Positions 28,057 through 38,011 of a DNA stretch of 43,058 bases are shown here, piece by piece (position 1 is the first letter of the stretch; every line of letters begins with the position of its first letter). The stretch is from Candidatus Hadarchaeota archaeon (GTDB lineage: Archaea; CAYQAE01; CAYVLA01): the NCBI GenBank assembly GCA_964621445.1, contig CAZUNO010000025.1, positions 1-43,058 on the forward strand, given 5' to 3'. A model generated the notes under the pieces. It was not told where the DNA came from, made no database searches, and saw nothing but the letters and a program-made list of their open reading frames with translations. A program made the translations under genes and the position numbers.

Positions 28057-28998
28057 CTATACGAGGTCCCTGAGTTCTATCCTGTACTCCCCCAGCTTTC
28101 CGCCGTAGTTCCCAGCTGAAATCCTGTGCAAACCATCGACGCCCTTCACGCTCTCCATACAAGCCACCATGGCCCTCCTGACTGTGTCCAGATCTATGCC
28201 ATTGATCACGATTTCGGGTATGCTGGATACCCCTTCCGGGACCTCTGAATTCTGGATTTTATCCTTTAAGGTGGGGCAGAAAGGGTGATTGGTCGTTGGC
28301 CCGATCTCCGGGTAATTCGTCTCCACCTTCGACCCGGCTGAACAGATATCAAAGGCCGTAATGGCTCCTTCAATTTCGGCCACTGCCTCCACTGCCCGGT
28401 CCCCGCACTCAAGCGCTGTGTCCATTGAATCGCAAAAAAACCAGATGTTACCCCCCATCACTCCTTTGCCATAGCCGATCTTCTTCTCGATAAGGAACTC
28501 CCCCATCATCAGGGGCAGGTTGATCATTTCCCTGCCAAATCTACTCTCCATCCATTCATAACCGTCCCCACAGTGACCAACCCGTTCCATCATATCAAGC
28601 TTCCTTTTGCTATCACCATAGTCGAATATGCGGGTGGTTGGCACCACCAGGATGCCCTGCCTTATTCTCTTGCTCATCTCGAACTCAAGGGTCCCCGACT
28701 GGGTTCCGTAAGGTTTCCAGGAGTGACCACATTTGGGGCATTTCAAGCTCTTGGGCCTCCCAATCCATATCTGTATCACCGCTCCCTGCCTTCCGTCTGG
28801 TGACTCCTCCGGCGAGACCCAGGACTCGATACCGCCCTCTGATTCCCCAAATACGGTGCAGGGCAGTGATGTTGCAGCCACCACCGCCCTCTTCAACCTC
28901 TTTTCATCGCCGGCGGTTACTAGCACCCGGGAGTATAGTCCCGGGAAGGCCTCGCAATATGTGTCCTGAACCTCCATTCCCTTGAAGTCAAGTGCCAT
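28057..28998 (-). CDS. ftr: Formylmethanofuran:tetrahydromethanopterin N-formyltransferase (Ftr)
   Basis: [55 protein letters not shown]. Confidence 0.93.
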   Translation of the reverse strand: MALDFKGMEVQDTYCEAFPGLYSRVLVTAGDEKRLKRAVVAATSLPCTVFGESEGGIESWVSPEESPDGRQGAVIQIWIGRPKSLKCPKCGHSWKPYGTQSGTLEFEMSKRIRQGILVVPTTRIFDYGDSKRKLDMMERVGHCGDGYEWMESRFGREMINLPLMMGEFLIEKKIGYGKGVMGGNIWFFCDSMDTALECGDRAVEAVAEIEGAITAFDICSAGSKVETNYPEIGPTTNHPFCPTLKDKIQNSEVPEGVSSIPEIVINGIDLDTVRRAMVACMESVKGVDGLHRISAGNYGGKLGEYRIELRDLV

Positions 28999-29093
28999 GA
29001 AGCTGAGTTGACGTGTATTCTATTAAAGACTCCTTCTCTCAAACTGCAAAATCATCCGAAGCCCCTGTCACCATGCATATTTCCACGGGCACC

Positions 29094-30236
29094 CTAATCC
29101 CGATTAGGATCAAATTTCATCACATACATCTGACGACCCGGCCCGTGGGTGGAATCAAAGCAGATGCTAGAGCCATCCCGGCTCCAGCGAGGATGTAGAT
29201 CGCACCTAATCTCGCCCGTCAATTCCGGATCCGAATGAAATCTCCCCAACTCGACCAGGCGCTCCTCAGGCCTGTTAAAGGCCATCAGGTTCCTGAATCC
29301 CCGTCGATCCGGGTAGGTATCGGTAAGTATCCACTTGGCGTCTGGCGAGAAGCTGCAGTGCCCGTCCTCTCGAAGGAGTCCTTCACCGACCTTCCAGTTC
29401 TCTCCCGTTTCCTCATCCAGCATGTAGAAAGCCGATCCCTCGTTCTCAATATCCGCCCAGGCCAGAATCCTTTTATCATCCAGCCAGTCGAAATGGGAAA
29501 CAAGACCGTAATCTATCAGACACCTGAGGTCCGATCCTTCCAGATCGCAGGTAAATAGGGCGGTCTTTCTCGGTGAACCCGGTGGAAAGCGGGAAAGGAA
29601 TACGAACCTGGTGCCGCTGGGATTGAACAAGGTGTGGTTGAACCACATTACATGGTCCCGGATCATCCTCTGGTGGTCCCGGTATGCGTAGACCTCGCTC
29701 ATGGACACGGCCAACCAGTTCTCGCCCGTTTTCGGGTCCATTACACGAACCCCGTCATTTTCCGGGTGAGGGTCGGCTATCTCGTAATCCCGGCCGCTGG
29801 GATAGCCATATCCGGGTCTAGTTATCTGTATGCGCGAGAAGTCCAGGGACAGTGCCATCCTTTCTTCATCGGTCACCGCGCTGACAGGGACCGGTAGTAT
29901 GCGGGTGGATCCATCTTCAAAATCCAGAATTTTAGATATGAATCTCCCATCCGCCATGTCATTGAAGATTATGCGGTTCCCTGGAAGCCAGTGTAGCATG
30001 CATCCCTGTTGGAAGTTCCAGGCCCTGGTGGTTCCCAGCTCATCGAAGCGCATCTCCTCGGGGTCTATCAGGCCTATCTTGGCCACGTCACCGGCATCTG
30101 GAGGTCGTCCGTCAAATGGAACCTCCAGCCCCAATATCCTATTGCCGTCACGGTTCCAGGGCTGGATACCGTAGTACCCAAAGAAATGGGAACCGGGCGG
30201 TTTGGTGATCGGTTTAAAAAAATGATTCAGAGCCAT
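29094..30236 (-). CDS. TolB-like beta-propeller protein (oligogalacturonate lyase-like)
   Basis: FFGYY..PW, AWNFQQG..LHW, NHTLFNPSG, DGHCSFSPD, DTYPD, RCDLHPRWS. Confidence 0.6.
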   Translation of the reverse strand: MALNHFFKPITKPPGSHFFGYYGIQPWNRDGNRILGLEVPFDGRPPDAGDVAKIGLIDPEEMRFDELGTTRAWNFQQGCMLHWLPGNRIIFNDMADGRFISKILDFEDGSTRILPVPVSAVTDEERMALSLDFSRIQITRPGYGYPSGRDYEIADPHPENDGVRVMDPKTGENWLAVSMSEVYAYRDHQRMIRDHVMWFNHTLFNPSGTRFVFLSRFPPGSPRKTALFTCDLEGSDLRCLIDYGLVSHFDWLDDKRILAWADIENEGSAFYMLDEETGENWKVGEGLLREDGHCSFSPDAKWILTDTYPDRRGFRNLMAFNRPEERLVELGRFHSDPELTGEIRCDLHPRWSRDGSSICFDSTHGPGRQMYVMKFDPNRD

Positions 30237-30256
30237 GCCTCCAAAGATTCCGGGAA

Positions 30257-31498
30257 CTAGGACACCCTCCCGGGACGGGTGATTGAAACCTCCTGATATA
30301 ACTTCCTTTTAACCATCAGGGTCCAAAGAATGAAACCACAAACCATGCTGGTGGCAGTCACAACCAACCACTCAAGGACGAATATCCATAGCAATGCCTT
30401 GTCCCTGGACTTCATGGCCCTTTCCACCAGGTCCTGGTACCCTTCCTTGAGCTCTGAACAGAGATCGTAGCACTCATCCATCTCGTTCTCCACGTACAGG
30501 TCCTCGACCTCGCTCCTCCTATCCTGGAGTTGAGCCAGTTCAAGCTCCGTTTCACGCATGTTGGCCCCGCTCCTTTCGGCGAACTCCATTATGGATATGG
30601 CGTAGGCCTTTGAGAAATAAAGGTCTGATATCAGCTGGCGAACGGAGTGTACCAGCGCCAGGTTCTTTGGTATCGGTTCCCTGGCCGGCCAGTAGATCAT
30701 GTGGGCCAGCACGTCCAGATGCCATTCCCACCTATAGAAAGCCATGATGTGGGGACTGTCCACCATGGTGTGCCATCCGAATATATATGCAACCGACCTG
30801 CCACCCCGGGGGTAATCCCTGCGAACGATGGCCGGCTTGTCCCGGTTCACGGGCGATCCCTCGGACATCCTGGCGATCACCTTGGCACCGGGTCTGGCCG
30901 TGGGCCGGTTCATGGCCACCCAGACCTGCTCCTTCCAGGGAATGCCTCTCATCAACGGGTGCTGGGAATCAACGGGAACCATGTAGAACTGGTTGGCCAT
31001 GAAGCTAGGTGCGGAGCCCTCCCTGCCGGGCTCATCGTCGACCGGGAGCACGGGCTCTATGGCGGTCTGGTACCAGTTGGTACCGCTCCCTGCAAAGGAC
31101 CAGCCTGAACCCGAGTCGCACATCCCGAAGCATAGGCTGGACTCCAGGACCAGGTCCTTTACCCAGGTCAGGAAATCCTGCCTAATATGCATGGCATCTA
31201 TTCCGTCGATGAGGACCAGGTCATGACTTTGGTTAAGATCCCTACTGCTCCTGGGAAGATAGAGACGTAGGCTGCGCCGGATCTCCTCATCGCCCATTAC
31301 CCACTCGAAGGCGGGAACCATGGTTAGGTCTATCTTTGGATCCTGTAAAAAGACGGGATCGGGATGATCGGGTCTCATAAAGGCAAGGCCGATGTGCAGC
31401 AGTCTTATCCTCCCCGTCTGGGGATCGGCCCTCCCCCAAGTCCCGGGACATAGTAATAGAATCGCGATAATGAGAATGGCCTCCCTCCTTTTCCCCAT
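30257..31498 (-). CDS. Uncharacterised exported protein with C-terminal membrane anchor; paralogue of 19099-20295
   Basis: ATG at 31498 gives signal peptide MGKRREAILIIAILLLC; shares DPxTxRIRL, DPK, RxYxPR and ALxWIxVxEW...LMVxRKLYxEV motifs with 19099-20295. Confidence 0.7.
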   Translation of the reverse strand: MGKRREAILIIAILLLCPGTWGRADPQTGRIRLLHIGLAFMRPDHPDPVFLQDPKIDLTMVPAFEWVMGDEEIRRSLRLYLPRSSRDLNQSHDLVLIDGIDAMHIRQDFLTWVKDLVLESSLCFGMCDSGSGWSFAGSGTNWYQTAIEPVLPVDDEPGREGSAPSFMANQFYMVPVDSQHPLMRGIPWKEQVWVAMNRPTARPGAKVIARMSEGSPVNRDKPAIVRRDYPRGGRSVAYIFGWHTMVDSPHIMAFYRWEWHLDVLAHMIYWPAREPIPKNLALVHSVRQLISDLYFSKAYAISIMEFAERSGANMRETELELAQLQDRRSEVEDLYVENEMDECYDLCSELKEGYQDLVERAMKSRDKALLWIFVLEWLVVTATSMVCGFILWTLMVKRKLYQEVSITRPGRVS

Positions 31499-31600
31499 GG
31501 CTCGGCCTTGAATTCCTGCCTGAAATTTCTTGCCCATGTCTTGGCCCGGACTCGTGAGCATTTAAGAAAGCCCGTTTTCTCAACACCCCCGGTAGACAGA

Positions 31601-32584
31601 ATGACGATGGATATTGGATTCATAGGTACCGGGAGCATTTCTCGAGGACACATTAAACGGACGGTGGCGGATCCCTCGGCCAGGGTAGCCGCACTCTGCG
31701 ATGTAAACACGGAAACCATGGAGGAAAGGACCGAGCTTCTGGAGGGAGAGGCCCCCTTCTATAATGATTACAAGGTCATGGTGGAGGAGGAGTCCCTTGA
31801 CGCCGTGATAATATGTACTCCCCACACGTTGCACTTCGAGCAGGCGGTATATAGTATGCAAAAGGGACTCCATGTACTGATCGAAAAGCCCATGGTATGC
31901 AGGACGGAAAGGGCAAAGAAGATCATATCCATGTCCGAGGAGCTGGACAGGGTCTTGATGGTTCGTTTCCAGCGTCACTACAAACCCCCCTTCCGTTGGG
32001 CCAGGCAATATATTGAGAAAGGAAAGCTGGGCGAGGTTTTCCATCTAACGGGCAACCTAGGCCAGGACTGGGCCTGGAGGACGGTCAACACCTGGAGGGG
32101 AAGGAAAGACCTCAGCGGAGGCGGTATGCTAATGGACAGCGGCAGTCACATCCTGGATGTCCTCTGCTGGGTTAGCGGGCTTGACCCCGCCGAGGTTTGC
32201 GCCTTCGTTAGCAACCGGTTCGCCAGTGACGAGGAGGTGGACATCCTCAGCTCGATCTCGGTCAGGTTCTCCAACCGGGCATTGGCATCTATCGCGGTCA
32301 ATGGCAACAATCCCCAGTGGGAGGAATCGCTGTCCATCACCGGTACCAAGGGGAAGATAAGCTGGGATGGCAGGACTATGGAGCTAGTGGACGAGGAGGG
32401 AGAAAAGGTCAAAAAGGGCCCGTTCCCTGAGGAAGGCAGCGCGGATGAGAACTTCTTTGCCGTTATCGAGGGAAGGGAGCAACCCGAGTCCAAGGGAAGT
32501 GACGCGCTAAAGGTCATTCAAATACAAGAAGCCGCATACCGCTCCCAAGAGGAGGAAAGGCTTGTCAAGGTAGACGAGCTCTAG
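31601..32584 (+). CDS. Gfo/Idh/MocA family oxidoreductase
   Basis: IGFIGTG, CTPHTLH, HVLIEKPM, SGGGMLMDSGSH; start re-called to ATG at 31601 (or 31607). Confidence 0.92.
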   Translation: MTMDIGFIGTGSISRGHIKRTVADPSARVAALCDVNTETMEERTELLEGEAPFYNDYKVMVEEESLDAVIICTPHTLHFEQAVYSMQKGLHVLIEKPMVCRTERAKKIISMSEELDRVLMVRFQRHYKPPFRWARQYIEKGKLGEVFHLTGNLGQDWAWRTVNTWRGRKDLSGGGMLMDSGSHILDVLCWVSGLDPAEVCAFVSNRFASDEEVDILSSISVRFSNRALASIAVNGNNPQWEESLSITGTKGKISWDGRTMELVDEEGEKVKKGPFPEEGSADENFFAVIEGREQPESKGSDALKVIQIQEAAYRSQEEERLVKVDEL

Positions 32585-33075
32585 ACAACCCAACCAAACA
32601 GAGATTTACTGCGGGAATCAAGGTCTTCCAGGTTAGGGATCTCGTACTTGTTACCATCAACATCGGTTATGACTACCCTGTTGGCTCCCAGCATTCTGAC
32701 GGCTGACCTGCCATGGATCTCGAAATCGCGATACCCCCTATCCGTCTTCACCGAGAACTCGGTTATCCCACCGTAAAGCTCCTCAACCCTTAGTATCTTC
32801 CTTACCTTGGGCATGAAGTAGGCCTTTTCCAGCTCCTGGTTGAGTACCTTCCGCGAGGACTCATCCAACTCTCCCACGTTTTTTATCACGCCGAGCTCGT
32901 TCTCCTCCTCGTCCCATATGGAGACGAATCCATTGGGTGAGGTTAGGGGGAACGACCTTATGAATCGTGAAACTATCTTCTCTTCATCCCCAATCCTAAT
33001 TATGGGCTTTCCGCTCTCCCCGAGATGAATATCTACCTCATTTGGATCCAATGTATTATCCACATCGGCCGACAT
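32581..33075 (-). CDS. DUF1854 family protein
   Basis: RSFPLTSP..FVSI, ELEKAYFMPK, VKTDRG, DVDGNKYEI..LDSRS; translationally coupled to the upstream ABC gene. Confidence 0.75.
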   Translation of the reverse strand: MSADVDNTLDPNEVDIHLGESGKPIIRIGDEEKIVSRFIRSFPLTSPNGFVSIWDEEENELGVIKNVGELDESSRKVLNQELEKAYFMPKVRKILRVEELYGGITEFSVKTDRGYRDFEIHGRSAVRMLGANRVVITDVDGNKYEIPNLEDLDSRSKSLFGWVV

Positions 33076-33077
33076 GA

Positions 33078-35336
33078 TCACACCACTTTGGCTTTTGCCA
33101 TCTCCGTCTGCATTGTTACTAGCTTGGCATATACCCCGTCCTTCTCCAGCAACGATTCGTGCGTACCCTCCTCGACTATCCTGCCCTCGTCCATAATTAC
33201 CAACTTGTCAGCATTGCTTAGTGTGGAAAGCCTATGTGCGATGGCTATGGTGGTCCTTCCCTCGATCAACCTTTCAAGTGCTTCCTGGATCATCTTTTCG
33301 GTCACCGTGTCCACCGAAGAGGTTGCCTCATCAAGTATTATGATGCTCGGCTTGTTTATTATTGCCCTGGCGATTGATATCCGCTGCTTCTCTCCACCTG
33401 ACAATCGGGCACCCCTTTCACCGACCTCCGTATCGTAGCCTTCTGGAAGGCGGAGGATGAATTGATGGGCATTTGCCGCCCTAGCGGCCTCCATTATCTC
33501 CTCCCTACTGGCATGGGGCTTCCCGTAAGCGATGTTCTCCGCCACCGATCCGTGAAACAGGAAGGGCTCCTGAAGAACAACTCCGATTCTCTCCCTGAAT
33601 GACCTCTGATTGACCTTGCGAAGATCTACCCCATCAACCTCAACAGTTCCCTCGTCCGGATCATAGAAACGGCAGATCATCTTTGCCAGCGTGGATTTCC
33701 CGGAACCACTTGAACCCGCAAGACCGACCACTTGACCAGGCTTTATCTCCAAGTTTATATCCTTGAGAACCTTCTTTTCCGGGCGATATGAAAAACTCAC
33801 ATTTCTCATCACGATATGACCCTTGATGTCACCCAGCTTAACCGAGTTTTCCGAATCCCTTATTTCGGGTCTGGAGTCAAGGATCTCGAATATCCTCTCT
33901 GCGGCAGTTGCCGCCATCTCGATCTGGTCGGTAATGGTGCTCAGGCTCTGAACCGGTGTGTAGAATCGCCACAGCAGGGAGACGAAAATCACCAGCTTCC
34001 CAGGTGACAGGGTTCCCTCGGCTACCAGGAAACCTCCCCTCCAGTACACGAACACCGACCCCAGGTACATGAGGAGACCAATTAACGGGAAGAAAATTGA
34101 TCTGAGCTTAAATGAATTCATGTCTGCCTTCCGAAGATCGTTATTTGTGGATTTGAACTTGGAGACCTCCTTGTCCTCCTGAGCGAAGGCCTTTACCACC
34201 AGGACGCCCGGTATGGTATCTGCGAGAACGGAACTCATCCTGGCCCAGGTCCTCCAGATGGTATGGTAGATTCCATGGATCTTCTTGGCAAACAATGTGG
34301 TTCCCACCAGCAACACGGGAACGGGGAGAAGCGAAACGGCGGCCAGCTTCCAGTCGATGGTAAATAGAATTATTCCCACTCCTACCATGGTCAGGGTATT
34401 GACAAGAAGGGTGGGGATGCCGTTCACCAGAAAGGCCCTGATATTGGCGGAATCATTGGTAACCCGGGACATCAGCTCCCCGGTCCTTCTCCTATCATAG
34501 AAGCTGAGGGACAGCATCTGGAGGTATCTGTATACTCTGGTTCTCACGTCGTAGATTATGTTCTCACCCAGCCAGCCCATGGTGTAGGTCCTCACGGAGC
34601 TCAGACCTTGCATGCTGAAGTACACGATCACCAGATATATCGGAGTAAGGGTCAGGATCCTCATGGACCCCTCGCCCGCCTCGCCATAGAAGATGGCGGT
34701 TATGGTGTCAATAAGATCGCCTAGCAACAGGGGAGGTATTAGTGAAAGAACGGTTATTATCACCAGCAGGACCATACTGGCCACGGCCTGCTTCCAATAA
34801 GGCCTCACGTATCCCAGCAGCCTTCCTATGACCTTGCGTTTCTGGACACAGAAAGGACATACGCTGGTCCCAGCCGGAAGGGTCCTGCCACATTTAGGAC
34901 ACTGATCGGATTCTGACTCTCCATTTCCTGGCTTAAGGAATGAGCTAGCCTTGCCGTTGGAGCCGTTTCCGTTGCCATTTGCCTTCAAAACGCTTATGGC
35001 ATCCCTGGTGATTTTGAGAAAATCCTGGGACCGGGTTTTGGAAAACCTGGCTACCTCCAAGACCCTGCCATCAGTTGTCTCCACCAGCAGAAGTCCGCTG
35101 CCCGTATATTCCCTGTCCTCTATGGACTTGATCTTTTTGACAGGGTACTCGAAGCTGATCGATCCGTCCAGCTCCACCACCATTAGGCGACGTTTCGTTA
35201 GAAACACCCAGCGCCGGCAATAGGCGCCATCCTCGTCGATATCCGACATCGCCGTGGACTTTATGGATTCTGATTCTTCCAGTTTTTTTCTAACCGTTGA
35301 GCAAATAACTTGAGACGGTTCCGTAGGGTTATACAT
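33078..35336 (-). CDS. ABC exporter (TMD+NBD fusion) with N-terminal PH-like domain and zinc ribbon
   Basis: Walker A GSSGSGKS, signature LSGGEKQR, Walker B IILDEATS, AHRLST; N-terminal ~140 aa followed by CPKC-x9-CPFC. Confidence 0.93.
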   Translation of the reverse strand: MYNPTEPSQVICSTVRKKLEESESIKSTAMSDIDEDGAYCRRWVFLTKRRLMVVELDGSISFEYPVKKIKSIEDREYTGSGLLLVETTDGRVLEVARFSKTRSQDFLKITRDAISVLKANGNGNGSNGKASSFLKPGNGESESDQCPKCGRTLPAGTSVCPFCVQKRKVIGRLLGYVRPYWKQAVASMVLLVIITVLSLIPPLLLGDLIDTITAIFYGEAGEGSMRILTLTPIYLVIVYFSMQGLSSVRTYTMGWLGENIIYDVRTRVYRYLQMLSLSFYDRRRTGELMSRVTNDSANIRAFLVNGIPTLLVNTLTMVGVGIILFTIDWKLAAVSLLPVPVLLVGTTLFAKKIHGIYHTIWRTWARMSSVLADTIPGVLVVKAFAQEDKEVSKFKSTNNDLRKADMNSFKLRSIFFPLIGLLMYLGSVFVYWRGGFLVAEGTLSPGKLVIFVSLLWRFYTPVQSLSTITDQIEMAATAAERIFEILDSRPEIRDSENSVKLGDIKGHIVMRNVSFSYRPEKKVLKDINLEIKPGQVVGLAGSSGSGKSTLAKMICRFYDPDEGTVEVDGVDLRKVNQRSFRERIGVVLQEPFLFHGSVAENIAYGKPHASREEIMEAARAANAHQFILRLPEGYDTEVGERGARLSGGEKQRISIARAIINKPSIIILDEATSSVDTVTEKMIQEALERLIEGRTTIAIAHRLSTLSNADKLVIMDEGRIVEEGTHESLLEKDGVYAKLVTMQTEMAKAKVV

Positions 35337-35434
35337 GATCTTCTACCGTGTATGAAAGGGAATTGTTCACAAATGGGAAAGTATGGAGTCTGTACTCTAT
35401 ATAGAAATCCAAAATTAATCACCGTGCACGGGGC

Positions 35435-35560
35435 AAAAAAGAAGATTATGGAAGGAGCATCTCCATACTGGCTCCGCTACATCCCGCCTTCGATGGCAGG
35501 GGAGATATGTGAACTTGGAGCCTCTTGGGTCCGTTCATGCCCTTCGAGGGGGTCGGAGCA
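35435..35560 (-). ncRNA. Candidate structured small RNA (three hairpins)
   Basis: Own TATA (TTTAAATA, minus strand 35586-35579), hairpins at 35530-35557, 35470-35522 and 35448-35466, then an oligo-T tract; no convincing ORF. Confidence 0.4.
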
Positions 35561-35685
35561 CACGTGACTTTAAAAATGTATTTAAATTGAGTTGGTTTTT
35601 TCCCTAAGATGAGCAAGCCGATTGTAGGGCTTACAATCAGGGCTGAGATATTTATCCGGTCTATGAGGTCTGGAAGGGAGGCCGT

Positions 35686-36783
35686 ATGCAAATGTCGGAT
35701 GAAACCCCGCAGGTTTCCATCATAATACCCACCCTCAATGAGGAGGAGAATATTCGGGAGCTGATACCCAGTGTATTCAAGGCCTGTTCCGACATGGAGG
35801 TCGAGGTCATCGTGGTGGACGATGGCTCAATTGATGGCACGGCAGGGGTGATTGAGGAGCTCTCCTCCCAGTACCAACTAGAACTCATAAAACGGGCCGG
35901 AAAGAGGGGGATAAGCTCGGCAGTAATTGAAGGGTTCAATGCCTCGAAGGGCCAGGTCCTGGGCGTCATGGACGCCGACATGAGCCACCCGCCGGGAAAG
36001 ATACCCCAGCTAGTTTGGCCAATCTCGAAGGGCGAGGCAGAAATGACGGTTGCCACCAGATATGGCCCTGGAGGGGGGATACGGGGATGGCCCGATGAGA
36101 GGTTGCTGATCTCAAGGTCCGCTACTGCACTGGCCAGGCCACTGACCAATATTAGCGACCCGATGTCCGGATTCTTCTTCATACGTAGGGACCTGCTTGA
36201 GGGGGTTGCCCTCTCCAACCGGGGATGGAAGATCTGCCTGGACATACTTGTTCGGGCAGGGCCAGAAAAGGTGGAGGAGGTAAGCTACGTTTTTCGGGAC
36301 CGACTTGGGGGCTCCAGCAAGATGGGAGCGTCCATCATCCTGGACTACCTTCTCAACATCCTCGACCTTTACATCTACCGCCTTTTCCGTTCCTCCCTGA
36401 GGAGCTTCGTCAAGTTCTGCACGGTTGGGGGGATAGGCGTATTCCTCAATCTGGCTATAGTCTACGGACTGGTGGAATACCTGGGTATTGATTACCGGGC
36501 ATCGGCCACCGCCGCGTTTTTCCTTGTTGCAGCCAACAACTTCGTGTGGAACAAGATTTGGACCTTCAAGGACAGGCGCTCGGAAGCTCTGGTCGTCGGC
36601 AGGCAGTTGGTTTCCTATTTAGTAGCCAGCCTTATTTCCCTTTCAATCAACCTTATGGTTCTGGGAATACTGGTTGAGATCTTCGACTTCTATTACCTTA
36701 TCGCCCAACTCCTTGCCATAGCCTTCGCCGTAACCGCTAACTTCAGCATGAATTCTCTGTGGGTATTCGGGGGACGGGATTAG
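35686..36783 (+). CDS. GT2 dolichol-phosphate hexosyltransferase (DPM1-like) fused to GtrA-like membrane domain
   Basis: IIPTLNEEENI, VDDGSIDGT, MDADMSHPP, DPMSGFF; C-terminal KFCTVGGIG..NFVWNKIWTF GtrA domain. Confidence 0.9.
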   Translation: MQMSDETPQVSIIIPTLNEEENIRELIPSVFKACSDMEVEVIVVDDGSIDGTAGVIEELSSQYQLELIKRAGKRGISSAVIEGFNASKGQVLGVMDADMSHPPGKIPQLVWPISKGEAEMTVATRYGPGGGIRGWPDERLLISRSATALARPLTNISDPMSGFFFIRRDLLEGVALSNRGWKICLDILVRAGPEKVEEVSYVFRDRLGGSSKMGASIILDYLLNILDLYIYRLFRSSLRSFVKFCTVGGIGVFLNLAIVYGLVEYLGIDYRASATAAFFLVAANNFVWNKIWTFKDRRSEALVVGRQLVSYLVASLISLSINLMVLGILVEIFDFYYLIAQLLAIAFAVTANFSMNSLWVFGGRD

Positions 36784-36838
36784 AAATAAGATTTATATCA
36801 AGCTGCCTTCATTATAAGCGATAGTAATAAGTGATCAA

Positions 36839-38011
36839 ATGTCCATCGTTACCGAGCAGATCAACAAGACTCCTATCGAGCAGCAGAAGGTAGAGATTGT
36901 GGAGAGGAAGGGTATCGGGCACCCCGACTCTCTCGCCGACGGGATGGCTGAATCGGTATCCCGGGCGCTCTGCAGGGAATATCGAAAGAGATTCGACACC
37001 ATACTCCACCATAATACCGACAAGGTAGAGGTAGTGGGCGGCGAGGCTGAGGTCAGCCTGGGTGGAGGCAACATCATAAGGCCCATGTTCATCCTCCTGT
37101 CGGGGCGGGCCACCAACCGATGTGAAAAGGGTGACGTACCGGTGCACAAGGTAGCCCTGGAGGCAGCAAAGGATTACATGTACGGGGTCCTGCCAAACCT
37201 TGAGAGGGAGGATGCCGTCTTCGAGTCCAAGATCGGTTCCGGCTCGGCCGAACTGGTCGATGTGTTCCAGAGAAATGGGGTTCCCAGCGCCAATGACACC
37301 TCGGTGGGCGTGGGGTACGCCCCCCTGTCCGAGACCGAAACGCTGGTAATGGGGATAGAGAACATGCTGAACTCAAAGGATTTCAAGAAGATCTACCCCG
37401 AGCTGGGCCAGGACATAAAGGTCATGGGGCTTAGAAGGGATCACAGCATAAATCTAACGGTTGCCGGTGCTTTCGTGGCCAAACTCGTTCCCGACCTGGA
37501 CCACTACGCCTCCACAAAGAACGACATAGTTTCCGAGATAAAAGATTACCTCGCGGACAATGCGGAGAGGGAAACCGAGGTTCTGATGAACGGCGCGGAC
37601 GATATCGATAAGGGCGTGGTTTACCTGACCCTTACCGGGACCTCCGCGGAGGCCGGAGACGACGGTGAAGTGGGAAGGGGGAACAGGGTCAATGGACTCA
37701 TTACCCCGAACAGGGAGATGAGCCTGGAGGCCGCGGCCGGCAAGAACCCGGTGACCCATGTTGGCAAGCTCTACAATATAGCCGCGGACAGGATCGCCGC
37801 CGAGGTACATTCAGAGGCTAACTGTGAGGTTTACGTCAAGCTCTTATCCCAGATAGGAAAACCCATCAATAAGCCACTGATGGCCAGCGTTGAGCTGGTT
37901 GGAGAGCCCGAATGCCCTATGAGCAACATGGAGGCCATCGTCGCCGATCACCTGGACCGCATAACATCACTGACGGACGAGATCATTGAGGGCCGGGTAA
38001 GCGTTTTCTAG
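36839..38011 (+). CDS. mat: Archaeal S-adenosylmethionine synthetase
   Basis: [52 protein letters not shown]. Confidence 0.98.
   Translation: MSIVTEQINKTPIEQQKVEIVERKGIGHPDSLADGMAESVSRALCREYRKRFDTILHHNTDKVEVVGGEAEVSLGGGNIIRPMFILLSGRATNRCEKGDVPVHKVALEAAKDYMYGVLPNLEREDAVFESKIGSGSAELVDVFQRNGVPSANDTSVGVGYAPLSETETLVMGIENMLNSKDFKKIYPELGQDIKVMGLRRDHSINLTVAGAFVAKLVPDLDHYASTKNDIVSEIKDYLADNAERETEVLMNGADDIDKGVVYLTLTGTSAEAGDDGEVGRGNRVNGLITPNREMSLEAAAGKNPVTHVGKLYNIAADRIAAEVHSEANCEVYVKLLSQIGKPINKPLMASVELVGEPECPMSNMEAIVADHLDRITSLTDEIIEGRVSVF

Noticed and set aside
35448-35468. Fluoride (crcB) riboswitch-like GGAGATG start on the minus strand
   Set aside because: No downstream pseudoknot partner or conserved 3' motif
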